A stretch of DNA of 56,474 nucleotides, taken from positions 1-56,474 of IMG/VR virus record IMGVR_UViG_3300006737_000004. One strand, 5' to 3'. The notes beneath the pieces are model-generated. The model was not told the DNA's origin. It saw only the letters and a list, made by a program, of their open reading frames with translations, and searched no databases. A program made the translations under genes and the position numbers. Below, in pieces: positions 9,868 to 17,993 of the stretch (positions are counted from its first letter, which is position 1; every line of letters starts with the position of its first letter). The stretch is from a virus. Taxonomy: Duplodnaviria > Caudoviricetes.

Positions 9868-10657
9868 TCACTCTCCCTTTAGCTAGTGCCATCCATGACA
9901 CAGGAAATAGCTCATGCATCTTAACACTGATCTGATTAGCAACCTCTTGTGTCTCAGCTTGAGTGTCACTGGCACAACGCAGTAGGCACATATCAGAGAA
10001 GGCATCCAGTGATCCTGACCAGTACCATTCGGTCATTGTAGACTGTGGCAGTACCATACGTGCCTGTTCTGGGCAGACACCAACTTCTAGTAAACTCCTG
10101 TAAGTTGAAAGCACTTCTTCTGTGTGCAGGTAATCAACTTCTTGAGCCACAGAAAATTCGGGTACATGCTCACCTTCTTTGTACTCTATTCCCGCTTCAG
10201 GACCAACAGTTTCGTTCCAGTAATCTTTTATGTGCTTGAGATTATAAGCATCTATATATTCAAGGGGGATAGTTCCCTCACTACCCTGCTTCTTATCCTT
10301 AGACTTACCACGCCACACATCAGGTACATAAAACTCAGGCTCATCATCTACATACCTACGACTAATCTCATTCCATCGTAGGAACTTGTGCTTGACTAGC
10401 TGTCGTGCTACAAACATTGGTGCTTTGACATGGAAGGTAGCAAAGGCATGACCGAAGGGTGACATATGTTTGTGCTTGGCTAAGTAACGGATCAGCTTGG
10501 TATCATGGTCAGATAGTCGCTGCTCTAGTACATCTAAGTTACCCTCTCCGTCTACCTCTGCCCAATCCCATTCACTCTGCTTACCAAAGCTGACCCTAGC
10601 TGCGTTTACAACAGACAGGTCACTGCCCATGTGGTCTATGTATGTTGCTGTAATCAT
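9857..10657 (-). CDS. thyX: FAD-dependent thymidylate synthase
   Basis: VVNAARVSF, H.SPF.H, FVARQLVKHK...NEISRRY and EQARMVLP. Confidence 0.95.
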   Translation of the reverse strand: MITATYIDHMGSDLSVVNAARVSFGKQSEWDWAEVDGEGNLDVLEQRLSDHDTKLIRYLAKHKHMSPFGHAFATFHVKAPMFVARQLVKHKFLRWNEISRRYVDDEPEFYVPDVWRGKSKDKKQGSEGTIPLEYIDAYNLKHIKDYWNETVGPEAGIEYKEGEHVPEFSVAQEVDYLHTEEVLSTYRSLLEVGVCPEQARMVLPQSTMTEWYWSGSLDAFSDMCLLRCASDTQAETQEVANQISVKMHELFPVSWMALAKGRVNDE

Positions 10658-10866
10658 TTTGTTGGCCTCGCTTTAGGTCTGATAGACTTTGAAATAATAT
10701 TACTCTGATTACACTGAGCCATTGCCCCACGATCCATTGGGTATAGGGTGTCGTGAATAGGCGTGAGGGCATCACTACATCTTTCATGGCTAGTATAAAG
10801 TATCTTAGACTGAAGTGGTTCACCTGCAAGGGTGTATGTCAGTATCATTACTGTGAAGTATTCCAT
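10654..10866 (-). CDS. Small protein, possibly exported, with C-terminal RPKARP
   Basis: Hydrophobic N-terminus, two Cys, ends SIRPKARPTK; GGAG upstream. Confidence 0.65.
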   Translation of the reverse strand: MEYFTVMILTYTLAGEPLQSKILYTSHERCSDALTPIHDTLYPMDRGAMAQCNQSNIISKSIRPKARPTK

Positions 10867-10876
10867 CTGTCAACTC

Positions 10877-11086
10877 CTAAAAATCTTCTTCTGCATCACC
10901 AAAGAGTTCATTCCACTCTTCACTGGTGATACCTGTCTTTATAAACTCCATCTCATCTGGTGTCAAGTTTGGCATTGCATCTTGTATCAGTGACCCCCTT
11001 TCCCAATCAGTAATCTGTTCTCTAGTCACGTCAATGTCTAGGGTGTTCTTCTTACCTGACAAAGGGCTTGTCCTAGTTAGCTTCAT
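10877..11086 (-). CDS. Conserved phage hypothetical protein
   Basis: S..SG..NT.D...T...W..G.LIQDAMPNL.PDE.EFI.TG pattern; AGGAG upstream. Confidence 0.7.
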   Translation of the reverse strand: MKLTRTSPLSGKKNTLDIDVTREQITDWERGSLIQDAMPNLTPDEMEFIKTGITSEEWNELFGDAEEDF

Positions 11087-11210
11087 CTTTATCTCCTTTA
11101 TGCTTTTGCTTACGGGTTGTCAACGGTTTCTTTTTGTTCGGTATAGCTTGAGGTTTATACTTAGGTTGCCTCAAGTCTTTTGCCATAGGGTTCTTAATGT
11201 AACCTTTCAT
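11073..11210 (-). CDS. ArfA-like small basic protein (45 aa, not in ORF track)
   Basis: Read manually: MKGYIKNPMAKDLRQPKYKPQAIPNKKKPLTTRKQKHKGDKDEAN; matches KG.IK.N....L..P.[FY].....NKK...RK.KH of ArfA. Confidence 0.55.
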   Translation of the reverse strand: MKGYIKNPMAKDLRQPKYKPQAIPNKKKPLTTRKQKHKGDKDEAN

Positions 11211-11367
11211 TTGTCCACTTGCTCCTTGCTTCCTCAAGAGCTAAATTAAATTCTGCGTTGTCTGCCAGAAAATCCAAGAGGTCTGCTAACTCATCTGCAT
11301 AGTCATCATACAGACCACCCTCTCTAAAGATGCTTGCCCATCTCCTAAAAGATTCAGGGGGTATCAT
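11194..11367 (-). CDS. Hypothetical protein (57 aa, not in ORF track)
   Basis: Read manually: MIPPESFRRWASIFREGGLYDDYADELADLLDFLADNAEFNLALEEARSKWTNERLH; starts just after the recombinase stop. Confidence 0.65.
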   Translation of the reverse strand: MIPPESFRRWASIFREGGLYDDYADELADLLDFLADNAEFNLALEEARSKWTNERLH

Positions 11368-11369
11368 TC

Positions 11370-12254
11370 TCATTCTCTTTCTCTCCTTTCTAGTGCAGAC
11401 TTAGCTGCTTTTAAACTGAACTTGTTGTATGGGTTAAGGCTACTCACATTCTTATGCCCTGTCACAGATTGAATTGCAAGGTGGTCTACCTCACTCTCAA
11501 TCATCTGAACAATAGCAGTCTTACGTAAGTCACCCACCTGTAGTTCATCAGGTAGCCCTGCAATAGCCTTAACTTCTCTGAGTGCATGGGTCATCTGAAT
11601 AACTGTCATCGGTCTGTAGACTGTACCCTGTGGCCTGTGATGGGGTACTACAAATGGTTGGAAACTCCAGTCCTGTTCCTGTTGCACTAGCATCTCGTAC
11701 AGATTATCAGGGATAGGTAGTTCCACTGTAGCACCACGCTTGGTTTGAGTTATTGTTACCTGCTTGTTCTCAAGGTCAACATCTTCCCATAACAAATTAC
11801 GTATGTCAATTGGACGTTGACCCCACTCATAACACATCAGCACAATCAGTCCAATGTTTCTCCACTCAAACTTTGTGAAGGCTACATCTAAGAACGACAT
11901 GACTTGACTGTGTGTCCAGACGACAGATCGTGGAGTGCTGCTACGTTTCTTTACTCGTGCCATTGGGTTGTACGGTATGTAGTCCAACGAAACTAGGTAG
12001 TTCATGAGTACCGAAAAGATACGAGCGCAGTGGTTGGCGTTAGAGGTTGAAGTTTCTAGCTCCCAGATATCATACATCTCAGTACACATAACGACATTGA
12101 TATTCTTAATGCTGATATTACCGAGTATCCTACCCATGATAGGCATTGAGCAGAACGAATGCATCTTATTTTCGTAGCCCTTTTGTGAAGAAGCTGCGAG
12201 TGATGCAAACTGTCTACTGTTCAAGTATCTTTCTGTTGCTGTTCTAAGTCTCAT
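11370..12254 (-). CDS. Tyrosine recombinase / integrase
   Basis: Catalytic set R (GQRPID), K (QTKRG), GDLRKT (for HxLR), TGH and Y (LNPY); strong AGGAGG RBS. Confidence 0.88.
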   Translation of the reverse strand: MRLRTATERYLNSRQFASLAASSQKGYENKMHSFCSMPIMGRILGNISIKNINVVMCTEMYDIWELETSTSNANHCARIFSVLMNYLVSLDYIPYNPMARVKKRSSTPRSVVWTHSQVMSFLDVAFTKFEWRNIGLIVLMCYEWGQRPIDIRNLLWEDVDLENKQVTITQTKRGATVELPIPDNLYEMLVQQEQDWSFQPFVVPHHRPQGTVYRPMTVIQMTHALREVKAIAGLPDELQVGDLRKTAIVQMIESEVDHLAIQSVTGHKNVSSLNPYNKFSLKAAKSALERRERE

Positions 12255-12270
12255 AAAACCTCCTACTTAT

Positions 12271-12328
12271 GTATACTTAAGTAGTTTATTATCTTAGAAA
12301 TAATAATTACTTTAGTATACTTAAGTAT
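12271..12328. repeat. AT-rich imperfect inverted repeat with two TACTTAAGTA palindromes upstream of the recombinase
   Basis: TACTTAAGTA at 12274-12283 and 12318-12327; arms GTATACTTAAGTAG...TTACTTTAGTATAC. Confidence 0.75.
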
Positions 12329-12330
12329 TA

Positions 12331-12357
12331 GTTATACTATATACACACAGATGTCAA
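12331..12357 (-). promoter_or_regulatory. Sigma70-type promoter for the recombinase/replication operon
   Basis: TTGACA-N15-TATAAC(T) on the minus strand (short spacer). Confidence 0.5.
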
Positions 12358-12374
12358 GTACCTGTGCTAAATTG

Positions 12375-13352
12375 TCACATGAACCTCTTGTTCCACACCC
12401 TGTTAGCATAGTTATCAAGGTAACTATTGTACTGACTAGCGTCCTCAATCTGGCACTCTTCCATCAAGCTGTACGATGTGAACCCATAAGTCTGAAGCAA
12501 CTCTGCTACTTCTTCTGGATAGTTACAGATGATATCGAGCAGATCATCCTTGTCTTTATTATCATAACTCCAAGATCCAGAAGTAACCTTCGTCTTATAC
12601 GGGTATGACCAAGAGCTATCAATGACCGATGGATCACGGGTAAACACTAGCTTAGACCAGTCAGCAGCAAGTAGTGCAGTCACTAAAAGGTCAAGGTATT
12701 CAAGGTCTTGCGTCTCGTTCTTAGTGTGCTGACCGTAGTAACCCACACTGATATTGGTACACTCAGAGATTGTATAAGAGTACTCATTGCTGTCAGTGTA
12801 TGAACCACCATCGTCTCCCTTAAGTTGTGGAAGTCCAAGGGCATCCGAGAAAGATTTAGCAAAGGCATCGGAGCAAGTACGCAATCCCATCTGGTGTGTA
12901 ACAATAGACTTGTCACCGTACCTGTCGAAGGATATCACTGAGTCGATCTGTTGCAACCAATCAGGGTCATCGAACACAAGAGCAGCACTACCCCTGCAAC
13001 CAATCTCCTCTGCTGCATGGACAACATAGACACCCTCAATACCATGTTCAATCATACACAACAGGATGTACACACCAGTTGTACAGTCTGCACCAAGACA
13101 GTTGGAAGTCTTAGGGTCTGCTACAGACACAACCTCATTCATCACAATCAACTGTTGCATACCCTCAGAGTTATGCACTGTGTCATGGTGTGCAGCAAAG
13201 CACAGGTTAGGCTTGTCACCCACCTTGAGGATATAGTTACCGTGGATATCTGGCACACCAAAGGTAGGTTCCAGAAACCGTTCACAAAATTCTCGCTGCG
13301 TCTGTGTACCCTCAGGTCTTTTGTAACGCAGCATTTCTATTAGGCTATACAT
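12375..13352 (-). CDS. M28/M20-like Zn-dependent peptidase
   Basis: AHHDTV, LGADC..GV, AEEIGC.GS, FDR, TD and H...E motifs. Confidence 0.85.
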   Translation of the reverse strand: MYSLIEMLRYKRPEGTQTQREFCERFLEPTFGVPDIHGNYILKVGDKPNLCFAAHHDTVHNSEGMQQLIVMNEVVSVADPKTSNCLGADCTTGVYILLCMIEHGIEGVYVVHAAEEIGCRGSAALVFDDPDWLQQIDSVISFDRYGDKSIVTHQMGLRTCSDAFAKSFSDALGLPQLKGDDGGSYTDSNEYSYTISECTNISVGYYGQHTKNETQDLEYLDLLVTALLAADWSKLVFTRDPSVIDSSWSYPYKTKVTSGSWSYDNKDKDDLLDIICNYPEEVAELLQTYGFTSYSLMEECQIEDASQYNSYLDNYANRVWNKRFM

Positions 13353-14920
13353 TATTTATTTTCCTTTCTGCAAGAAGTATCTTTGTCATTTTTGTACCAC
13401 ACACCTTTAACACAATGCCAAAGATCGTCATCAATCTCTTCTGTAGAGACAACCTCACCATCCTCAGTGGTACACATAAGGTTATTGGGGTACACTTCAC
13501 AGTCCCACTCTGACCGAAAGTAGTGTCTGTCATAGGTCTTGGGATCAATATGCTCTCCATCATACTCACACCATAATGTATCCTCTTCTTTCCAGTACTC
13601 ATCATCAGAGGAGCAGTAAACAAACTCATCCCTATACTCAACAGCAATTCTGGATACTCTCTCACACCTGACAGAACCATTGTACAGGTAGTACGCATCC
13701 GTAGCTTCACTCTCATGGTACGACTGACCTTCATACTCACAGTAGAAGTGGGTATCGTTGTGGCAACTCTCGCAGTAGTGGTTGTCAGTACACTCCGAGT
13801 AATAGTAGTCATCCTCGCACAAACCTTCACCACACTCACAACAGCGGTATTCGTAATCATTAAGAACACCCCTGTATGTACTGGCATCTACCTCACCATC
13901 ACGAGAGACTACTAGGTGAGTACCATTGTCATAGAGTTTCTGCGGACAGGGGTCAAGGTAGGGTGCAATGAAACCCTCACCATCTCCGTAGGGGATACGC
14001 TTGAGCCTAGCACCTTCCCAATCTGCACTAAGGGAGTAACCCTTACCTATCATATGATTGTGGATGAAGTCAAGTGCTTGCTCTGATACACCATAGATCG
14101 GCCCTGCACTGGGAGTTTCCCCCTCGTTGAGATAGACCACACAACGTGCAGCGATGTCTCCATTCTGGTCAGTTGCATAGATAACTTCAAAGTCACCACT
14201 TGCATACGCTGTAACTGGATGAACTGGTAGGTCATCGAAGTCATACCGCATACAACTGTGTGAACTGTGCTTTCTATTACAAGAAGTGTGGATATTCTCT
14301 GCAGGTGATTGTCTCCCTGAGTAAGCAAGTGTAAATGCATCTGCCTCCTGTGATACATGAAGGTTGAAATCCCGCTCTGCAAACTCCTGCAAGAACTTAT
14401 CAACAAGAGATATAATGTTCTTATGTGGAAGCTCAGGGAACATGGCAGAGAACGCACGTCCTGGACGCATGGCAACCTGCCTGTCATCATCACGTTGTTG
14501 CTGAGTAAGGTATACAGCTACCTTACCTGATGCAATCTTTGACCGCATGGGTTGAAAAGCACGAAGCCTATACATCCACTTGAGGTTATCTATCTCAATT
14601 TCTAACTCGTATCGAAACTGATGGTCAAGCCAGTTGAACAGACGTTCATCCTGACGAAACCAATGATCGTACTCGTTGTACTTACCCCAACCACGCAAGA
14701 CCAAATCGTTCTCATCCTCATCAGTCTCGTACACACGCTTGGCAATGAAGCCATTGGTACGTACATCAGGTTGAATGAAGTACTCACTACCGTTGTCCAG
14801 TTTGATAGTACCTGCATTAAAGTTACCATTCATGGGGCGATAAGGTTTGTGCATAGTGATCGCACTCTTTATCTCCAAGGGTATGTGCTGTTCATTCACT
14901 GGCATAAAATCATAAGCCAT
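13352..14920 (-). CDS. Early protein with C-terminal Cys-rich (Zn-finger-like) repeats
   Basis: SCM...PV.AY...ARCVV...IYG core then repeated CxxC/CxY units; AAGGAG RBS; coupled to the peptidase (TAATG). Confidence 0.75.
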   Translation of the reverse strand: MAYDFMPVNEQHIPLEIKSAITMHKPYRPMNGNFNAGTIKLDNGSEYFIQPDVRTNGFIAKRVYETDEDENDLVLRGWGKYNEYDHWFRQDERLFNWLDHQFRYELEIEIDNLKWMYRLRAFQPMRSKIASGKVAVYLTQQQRDDDRQVAMRPGRAFSAMFPELPHKNIISLVDKFLQEFAERDFNLHVSQEADAFTLAYSGRQSPAENIHTSCNRKHSSHSCMRYDFDDLPVHPVTAYASGDFEVIYATDQNGDIAARCVVYLNEGETPSAGPIYGVSEQALDFIHNHMIGKGYSLSADWEGARLKRIPYGDGEGFIAPYLDPCPQKLYDNGTHLVVSRDGEVDASTYRGVLNDYEYRCCECGEGLCEDDYYYSECTDNHYCESCHNDTHFYCEYEGQSYHESEATDAYYLYNGSVRCERVSRIAVEYRDEFVYCSSDDEYWKEEDTLWCEYDGEHIDPKTYDRHYFRSEWDCEVYPNNLMCTTEDGEVVSTEEIDDDLWHCVKGVWYKNDKDTSCRKENK

Positions 14921-14977
14921 GTGTTACTCCTTTCGTTAAGGTTGCTCACCCCAATACTAGATCAGGGTGAAGTTATG

Positions 14978-15472
14978 TTACTGCAACAGTCTTCCCACCG
15001 ATTGTACAAAAGTATCAATGCGCTGAGACTGCTCACGTTTCTGCTCTTTGAGATCCTCAATCTGACCACGCAAGTCCATGAGCAGTGCCTTCAAGTCACC
15101 ATTCTCATTCTTGACCATGCGATAGTTTCTATTCACTGCCTTGGGTGTGACCTGAGCCGTTATCATATTGAAACCACGATGCTTGTTGCGATAGCCCAAG
15201 TCTTTACGCCACCCACACACAACAGGTGCACGCACACCATACTTTTCGGTAACCTCATTACCTGTGTGATGCTCATAGTACTGGCACACCTCATGCTTGA
15301 ATGACAGTACATACTTTGGATAAGTGTTAGGAACATACCCAACTCTTGACGCAAGATGAGGTACAGTACTCATCGGAATACCAAAGTTTGCAGATGCCTC
15401 TTTCTGAGTGTGGTTTTCCAGATACTTTACCACTGCGAGACACATTGCGTCAGAATATTTTTTACTAGCCAT
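14978..15472 (-). CDS. Tandem helix-turn-helix protein with coiled coil
   Basis: Two KY...K..V..Y...HT..E....[FY]G[IV]....V units followed by a heptad-rich helix. Confidence 0.65.
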   Translation of the reverse strand: MASKKYSDAMCLAVVKYLENHTQKEASANFGIPMSTVPHLASRVGYVPNTYPKYVLSFKHEVCQYYEHHTGNEVTEKYGVRAPVVCGWRKDLGYRNKHRGFNMITAQVTPKAVNRNYRMVKNENGDLKALLMDLRGQIEDLKEQKREQSQRIDTFVQSVGRLLQ

Positions 15473-15557
15473 GATTTTGTCCTTTCATTCATGGAATACA
15501 GTAGTGAAACACTACCCCACAGTACACCCCACCGCAAGATGTACTGTCAGGTAAAGT

Positions 15558-15989
15558 TTAGTCCATCCTTGTCACGAAGTACCCATCCTCAGTTGACAAG
15601 GCTACGATAGCATAGGGATAGATGTAAGAGTACTCAACCTTTGAATCATCCTTACTTGTATCTACCTTAGCTATCCAGTGCAGGTCAGGATCTTCTGGGT
15701 ACTTGTACACCCCACTGTCAGATACACTGCCGCCCTTCATCTCGAACAGACCCCATCCATACTTGTCACGCATGAAGTCCACAAGACTTTCTTCTTCTTC
15801 TTCTGATTCCTCAGCGATAAAACCTAGCAGCTCTGCAATTTCTCTTTCCTCATCGGCAAGCATCACTTTTAGCATATTACCCAGACTGTTCCTGCTGTAT
15901 TCCTCTAGCCATCTGCCAACTAGACCCACCATATCCCTAAACATCTCAGGTGTATGGTTCGGGTACGCTTCTTTGTTGTACTGTATCAT
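15558..15989 (-). CDS. Hypothetical early protein
   Basis: 143-aa ORF, GGAGG RBS, Y.YPEDPDL...Y.Y.YAIV...RMD. Confidence 0.7.
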   Translation of the reverse strand: MIQYNKEAYPNHTPEMFRDMVGLVGRWLEEYSRNSLGNMLKVMLADEEREIAELLGFIAEESEEEEESLVDFMRDKYGWGLFEMKGGSVSDSGVYKYPEDPDLHWIAKVDTSKDDSKVEYSYIYPYAIVALSTEDGYFVTRMD

Positions 15990-16291
15990 TCGATTACCTC
16001 CACTCTAACAATTTGATAGCGAACAGTATCCAACCAATCAGGTTTAAAGTTTGGATCATTCACCAGTTCAAGCTCATGTTCTTGTGCATCTTCCTCATCC
16101 ACATAAACATAAACAGTTTTCCCATCATCCACTGACCATGAACTGAGGGTCGAATAAAAGCTATATTTTGCAGAGTGATCTAGCATACCTATCTCAGCAC
16201 TGTCTAGGGTACTGTAGATACCTACCACCCCATAGCCTTCATCCCATCGTGACGAACACTTTAACATAAAGACTTTCATTGCACGTTCCAC
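15986..16291 (-). CDS. Hypothetical early protein (WDEG paralogue 1)
   Basis: MKVFML...WDEGYGVVGIYST. Confidence 0.7.
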   Translation of the reverse strand: MERAMKVFMLKCSSRWDEGYGVVGIYSTLDSAEIGMLDHSAKYSFYSTLSSWSVDDGKTVYVYVDEEDAQEHELELVNDPNFKPDWLDTVRYQIVRVEVIE

Positions 16292-16614
16292 TTACAAGCA
16301 AAGTATTGGAAGGAATCCCAACGAGTTTCTACATCAAAGGAATAGCCATCACTTTCTCTTAGCTCTTGGATTTTCTCCAATGAATAGCCCAACCATTCCT
16401 TATGTTCCTTGGCAACATTCCCGCACTTGTGACCCCACCAAGTATCGTTATCATCTTCGACCCAAAACAGATCATCATTTTCTTCGACAAAGATTGAGGG
16501 ATTTTTATAGACCCCAAGTATGTATGACCCTTCATCCCAATTTGTGGAAGTTTCCAGTATCCAAATACCCATCTTCAATACCCTTCCTGTTTCAACCATT
16601 GCGCCATCTGACAT
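16276..16614 (-). CDS. Hypothetical early protein (WDEG paralogue 2)
   Basis: MGIWIL...WDEGSYILGVYKN; true start may be the internal Met. Confidence 0.65.
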   Translation of the reverse strand: MSDGAMVETGRVLKMGIWILETSTNWDEGSYILGVYKNPSIFVEENDDLFWVEDDNDTWWGHKCGNVAKEHKEWLGYSLEKIQELRESDGYSFDVETRWDSFQYFACKWNVQ

Positions 16615-16844
16615 GCAGCTTTAGACACATCATAATCCGCAGCAAGATACCCACCATCCACTTCTAGATCGGTATCACCAAATTCGGGATGCTCACGCAA
16701 GGTTTGACGAACACAATCTTCCAGTGATCCGCCTATATAATGCACAAATTGCACCCCATACTCACACTCATACCACCCATCCAATAGGTAATATGGCTTC
16801 TTCATATGGCTACGCTTGACCATATTGATTTTATATTCCTTCAT
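16575..16844 (-). CDS. Hypothetical early protein
   Basis: 89-aa ORF with AAGGA RBS. Confidence 0.65.
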   Translation of the reverse strand: MKEYKINMVKRSHMKKPYYLLDGWYECEYGVQFVHYIGGSLEDCVRQTLREHPEFGDTDLEVDGGYLAADYDVSKAACQMAQWLKQEGY

Positions 16845-16873
16845 TCACTTTTCCTTTCTGTTAAATGGACATA

Positions 16874-16910
16874 GGAAAACACCCCATGCGTCAACATAGG
16901 GTGCTTATCC
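16874..16910 (-). promoter_or_regulatory. Intergenic RNA hairpin (possible RNase III processing site)
   Basis: Minus strand GGATAAGCACCCTATG-TTGACG-CATGGGGTGTTTTCC. Confidence 0.45.
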
Positions 16911-16935
16911 AATCTTCATTTGTCATTCGCTTTGA

Positions 16936-17454
16936 TTATGCGGCTTGCTTTGCAGATGCAATCGCTTTCACTTGTGCCATAGGCGTGCCAGTATCCTTTG
17001 AAAACTTTTCCATGTAGTTCCAAAACTGTTCGCGAATTTGCTCTGGTGTTTTTGGTTCGGTCTCTTTCTTGACCACGGGAAACGCTTTCTTGAAAACATC
17101 CGAATTTATGCGAACCTTGCCAAGAACACGCAAGCCCTCGATCTGGTCAGTGTTAGCGCCGCCATTATCTGACATTTTGAACACCACACCAGATTTATTT
17201 TTGGAGTTAAATTTCCATTCCACACCTTCAAAAACCTTAGCCATGATACGCTTTAAAGGTGCGGCATATTGCAAGCGGTCGCCCTCTATTACTTTGATGA
17301 TACCAGATTTGCGACCGTTGGTGATGCAAAGCAATTTTGCAATCTCTGTAGTGTTGCCGTTATTGAATTGCTCAAAAGCCCGCACAACAGTTGGCAGAAA
17401 ATTATACTCTGCGCCGCGTACATTACTTGCCCAATTTGCTACATTATTTGACAT
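16936..17454 (-). CDS. Hypothetical protein, first gene of the early arm
   Basis: 172-aa ORF with GAGG RBS directly after the non-coding region. Confidence 0.75.
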   Translation of the reverse strand: MSNNVANWASNVRGAEYNFLPTVVRAFEQFNNGNTTEIAKLLCITNGRKSGIIKVIEGDRLQYAAPLKRIMAKVFEGVEWKFNSKNKSGVVFKMSDNGGANTDQIEGLRVLGKVRINSDVFKKAFPVVKKETEPKTPEQIREQFWNYMEKFSKDTGTPMAQVKAIASAKQAA

Positions 17455-17480
17455 GATTTTTTCCTCTCATATGTCATAAA

Positions 17481-17530
17481 TTGCCAGTTAATACAACACA
17501 CTAGGATTAATGTGTTGTACATGCTGGCAA
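17481..17530 (-). promoter_or_regulatory. Long hairpin with 4x4 internal loop in the early leader (RNase III-like site)
   Basis: TTGCCAG-N4-TACAACACA-loop-TGTGTTGTA-N4-CTGGCAA. Confidence 0.55.
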
Positions 17531-17835
17531 CATGCAACCCTAATTGTTACGGTCTCAAAACGCTATCGCATATTTTGAGCAATTTTCGCGGGTATCCTAT
17601 TGCGTTTGCTGATCACTGGCCTAAGCTGTAAAGGCACTCTCAAAACTCCAACTATATGTTGGCACGTTGAGGCTAGTCACAAACGGCTAATTTTTTGTAT
17701 CGGATTTTCTGTCATTATTTGCGCCGCCCTACTCAATAGGGTTGTCACGCTAGGGGAAATGCAGGTCATAAACCCCGTTCAGTATTTTTTCGACTAGGCG
17801 CAATACTTACATCTTGCGTAAACCATTATCGGGAT

Positions 17836-17993
17836 TGTCAAGCCCTAGGTCTAACCCCAGTCAATTTCTAGCAATGTCAAATAGCGTTGATCGGTTACCC
17901 CTACTTTAGCCTAGTCAACTGAGCGCCGACCGTCTGGCTGTTTTGGGCGATTTCTTGGCCTATAGAGTGCTCATATATCCAAATGAATGTCAA
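17836..17993 (-). promoter_or_regulatory. Cluster of candidate early promoters
   Basis: Five TTGAC[AT] -35 hexamers on the minus strand (17836, 17859, 17875, 17914, 17988); -10 boxes poorly defined. Confidence 0.35.

Noticed and set aside
13345-13887. 180-aa alternative-frame ORF (likewise 3034-3471 and 14050-14493)
   Set aside because: Same-strand off-frame overlaps of stronger genes, with the Met/Thr/Val-rich composition typical of frame shadows
14621-15304. 227-aa plus-strand ORF
   Set aside because: Antisense shadow of two well-supported minus-strand genes; no recognisable motifs
17600-17797. 65-aa plus-strand ORF in the control region
   Set aside because: TTG start, no RBS, opposite to local early transcription
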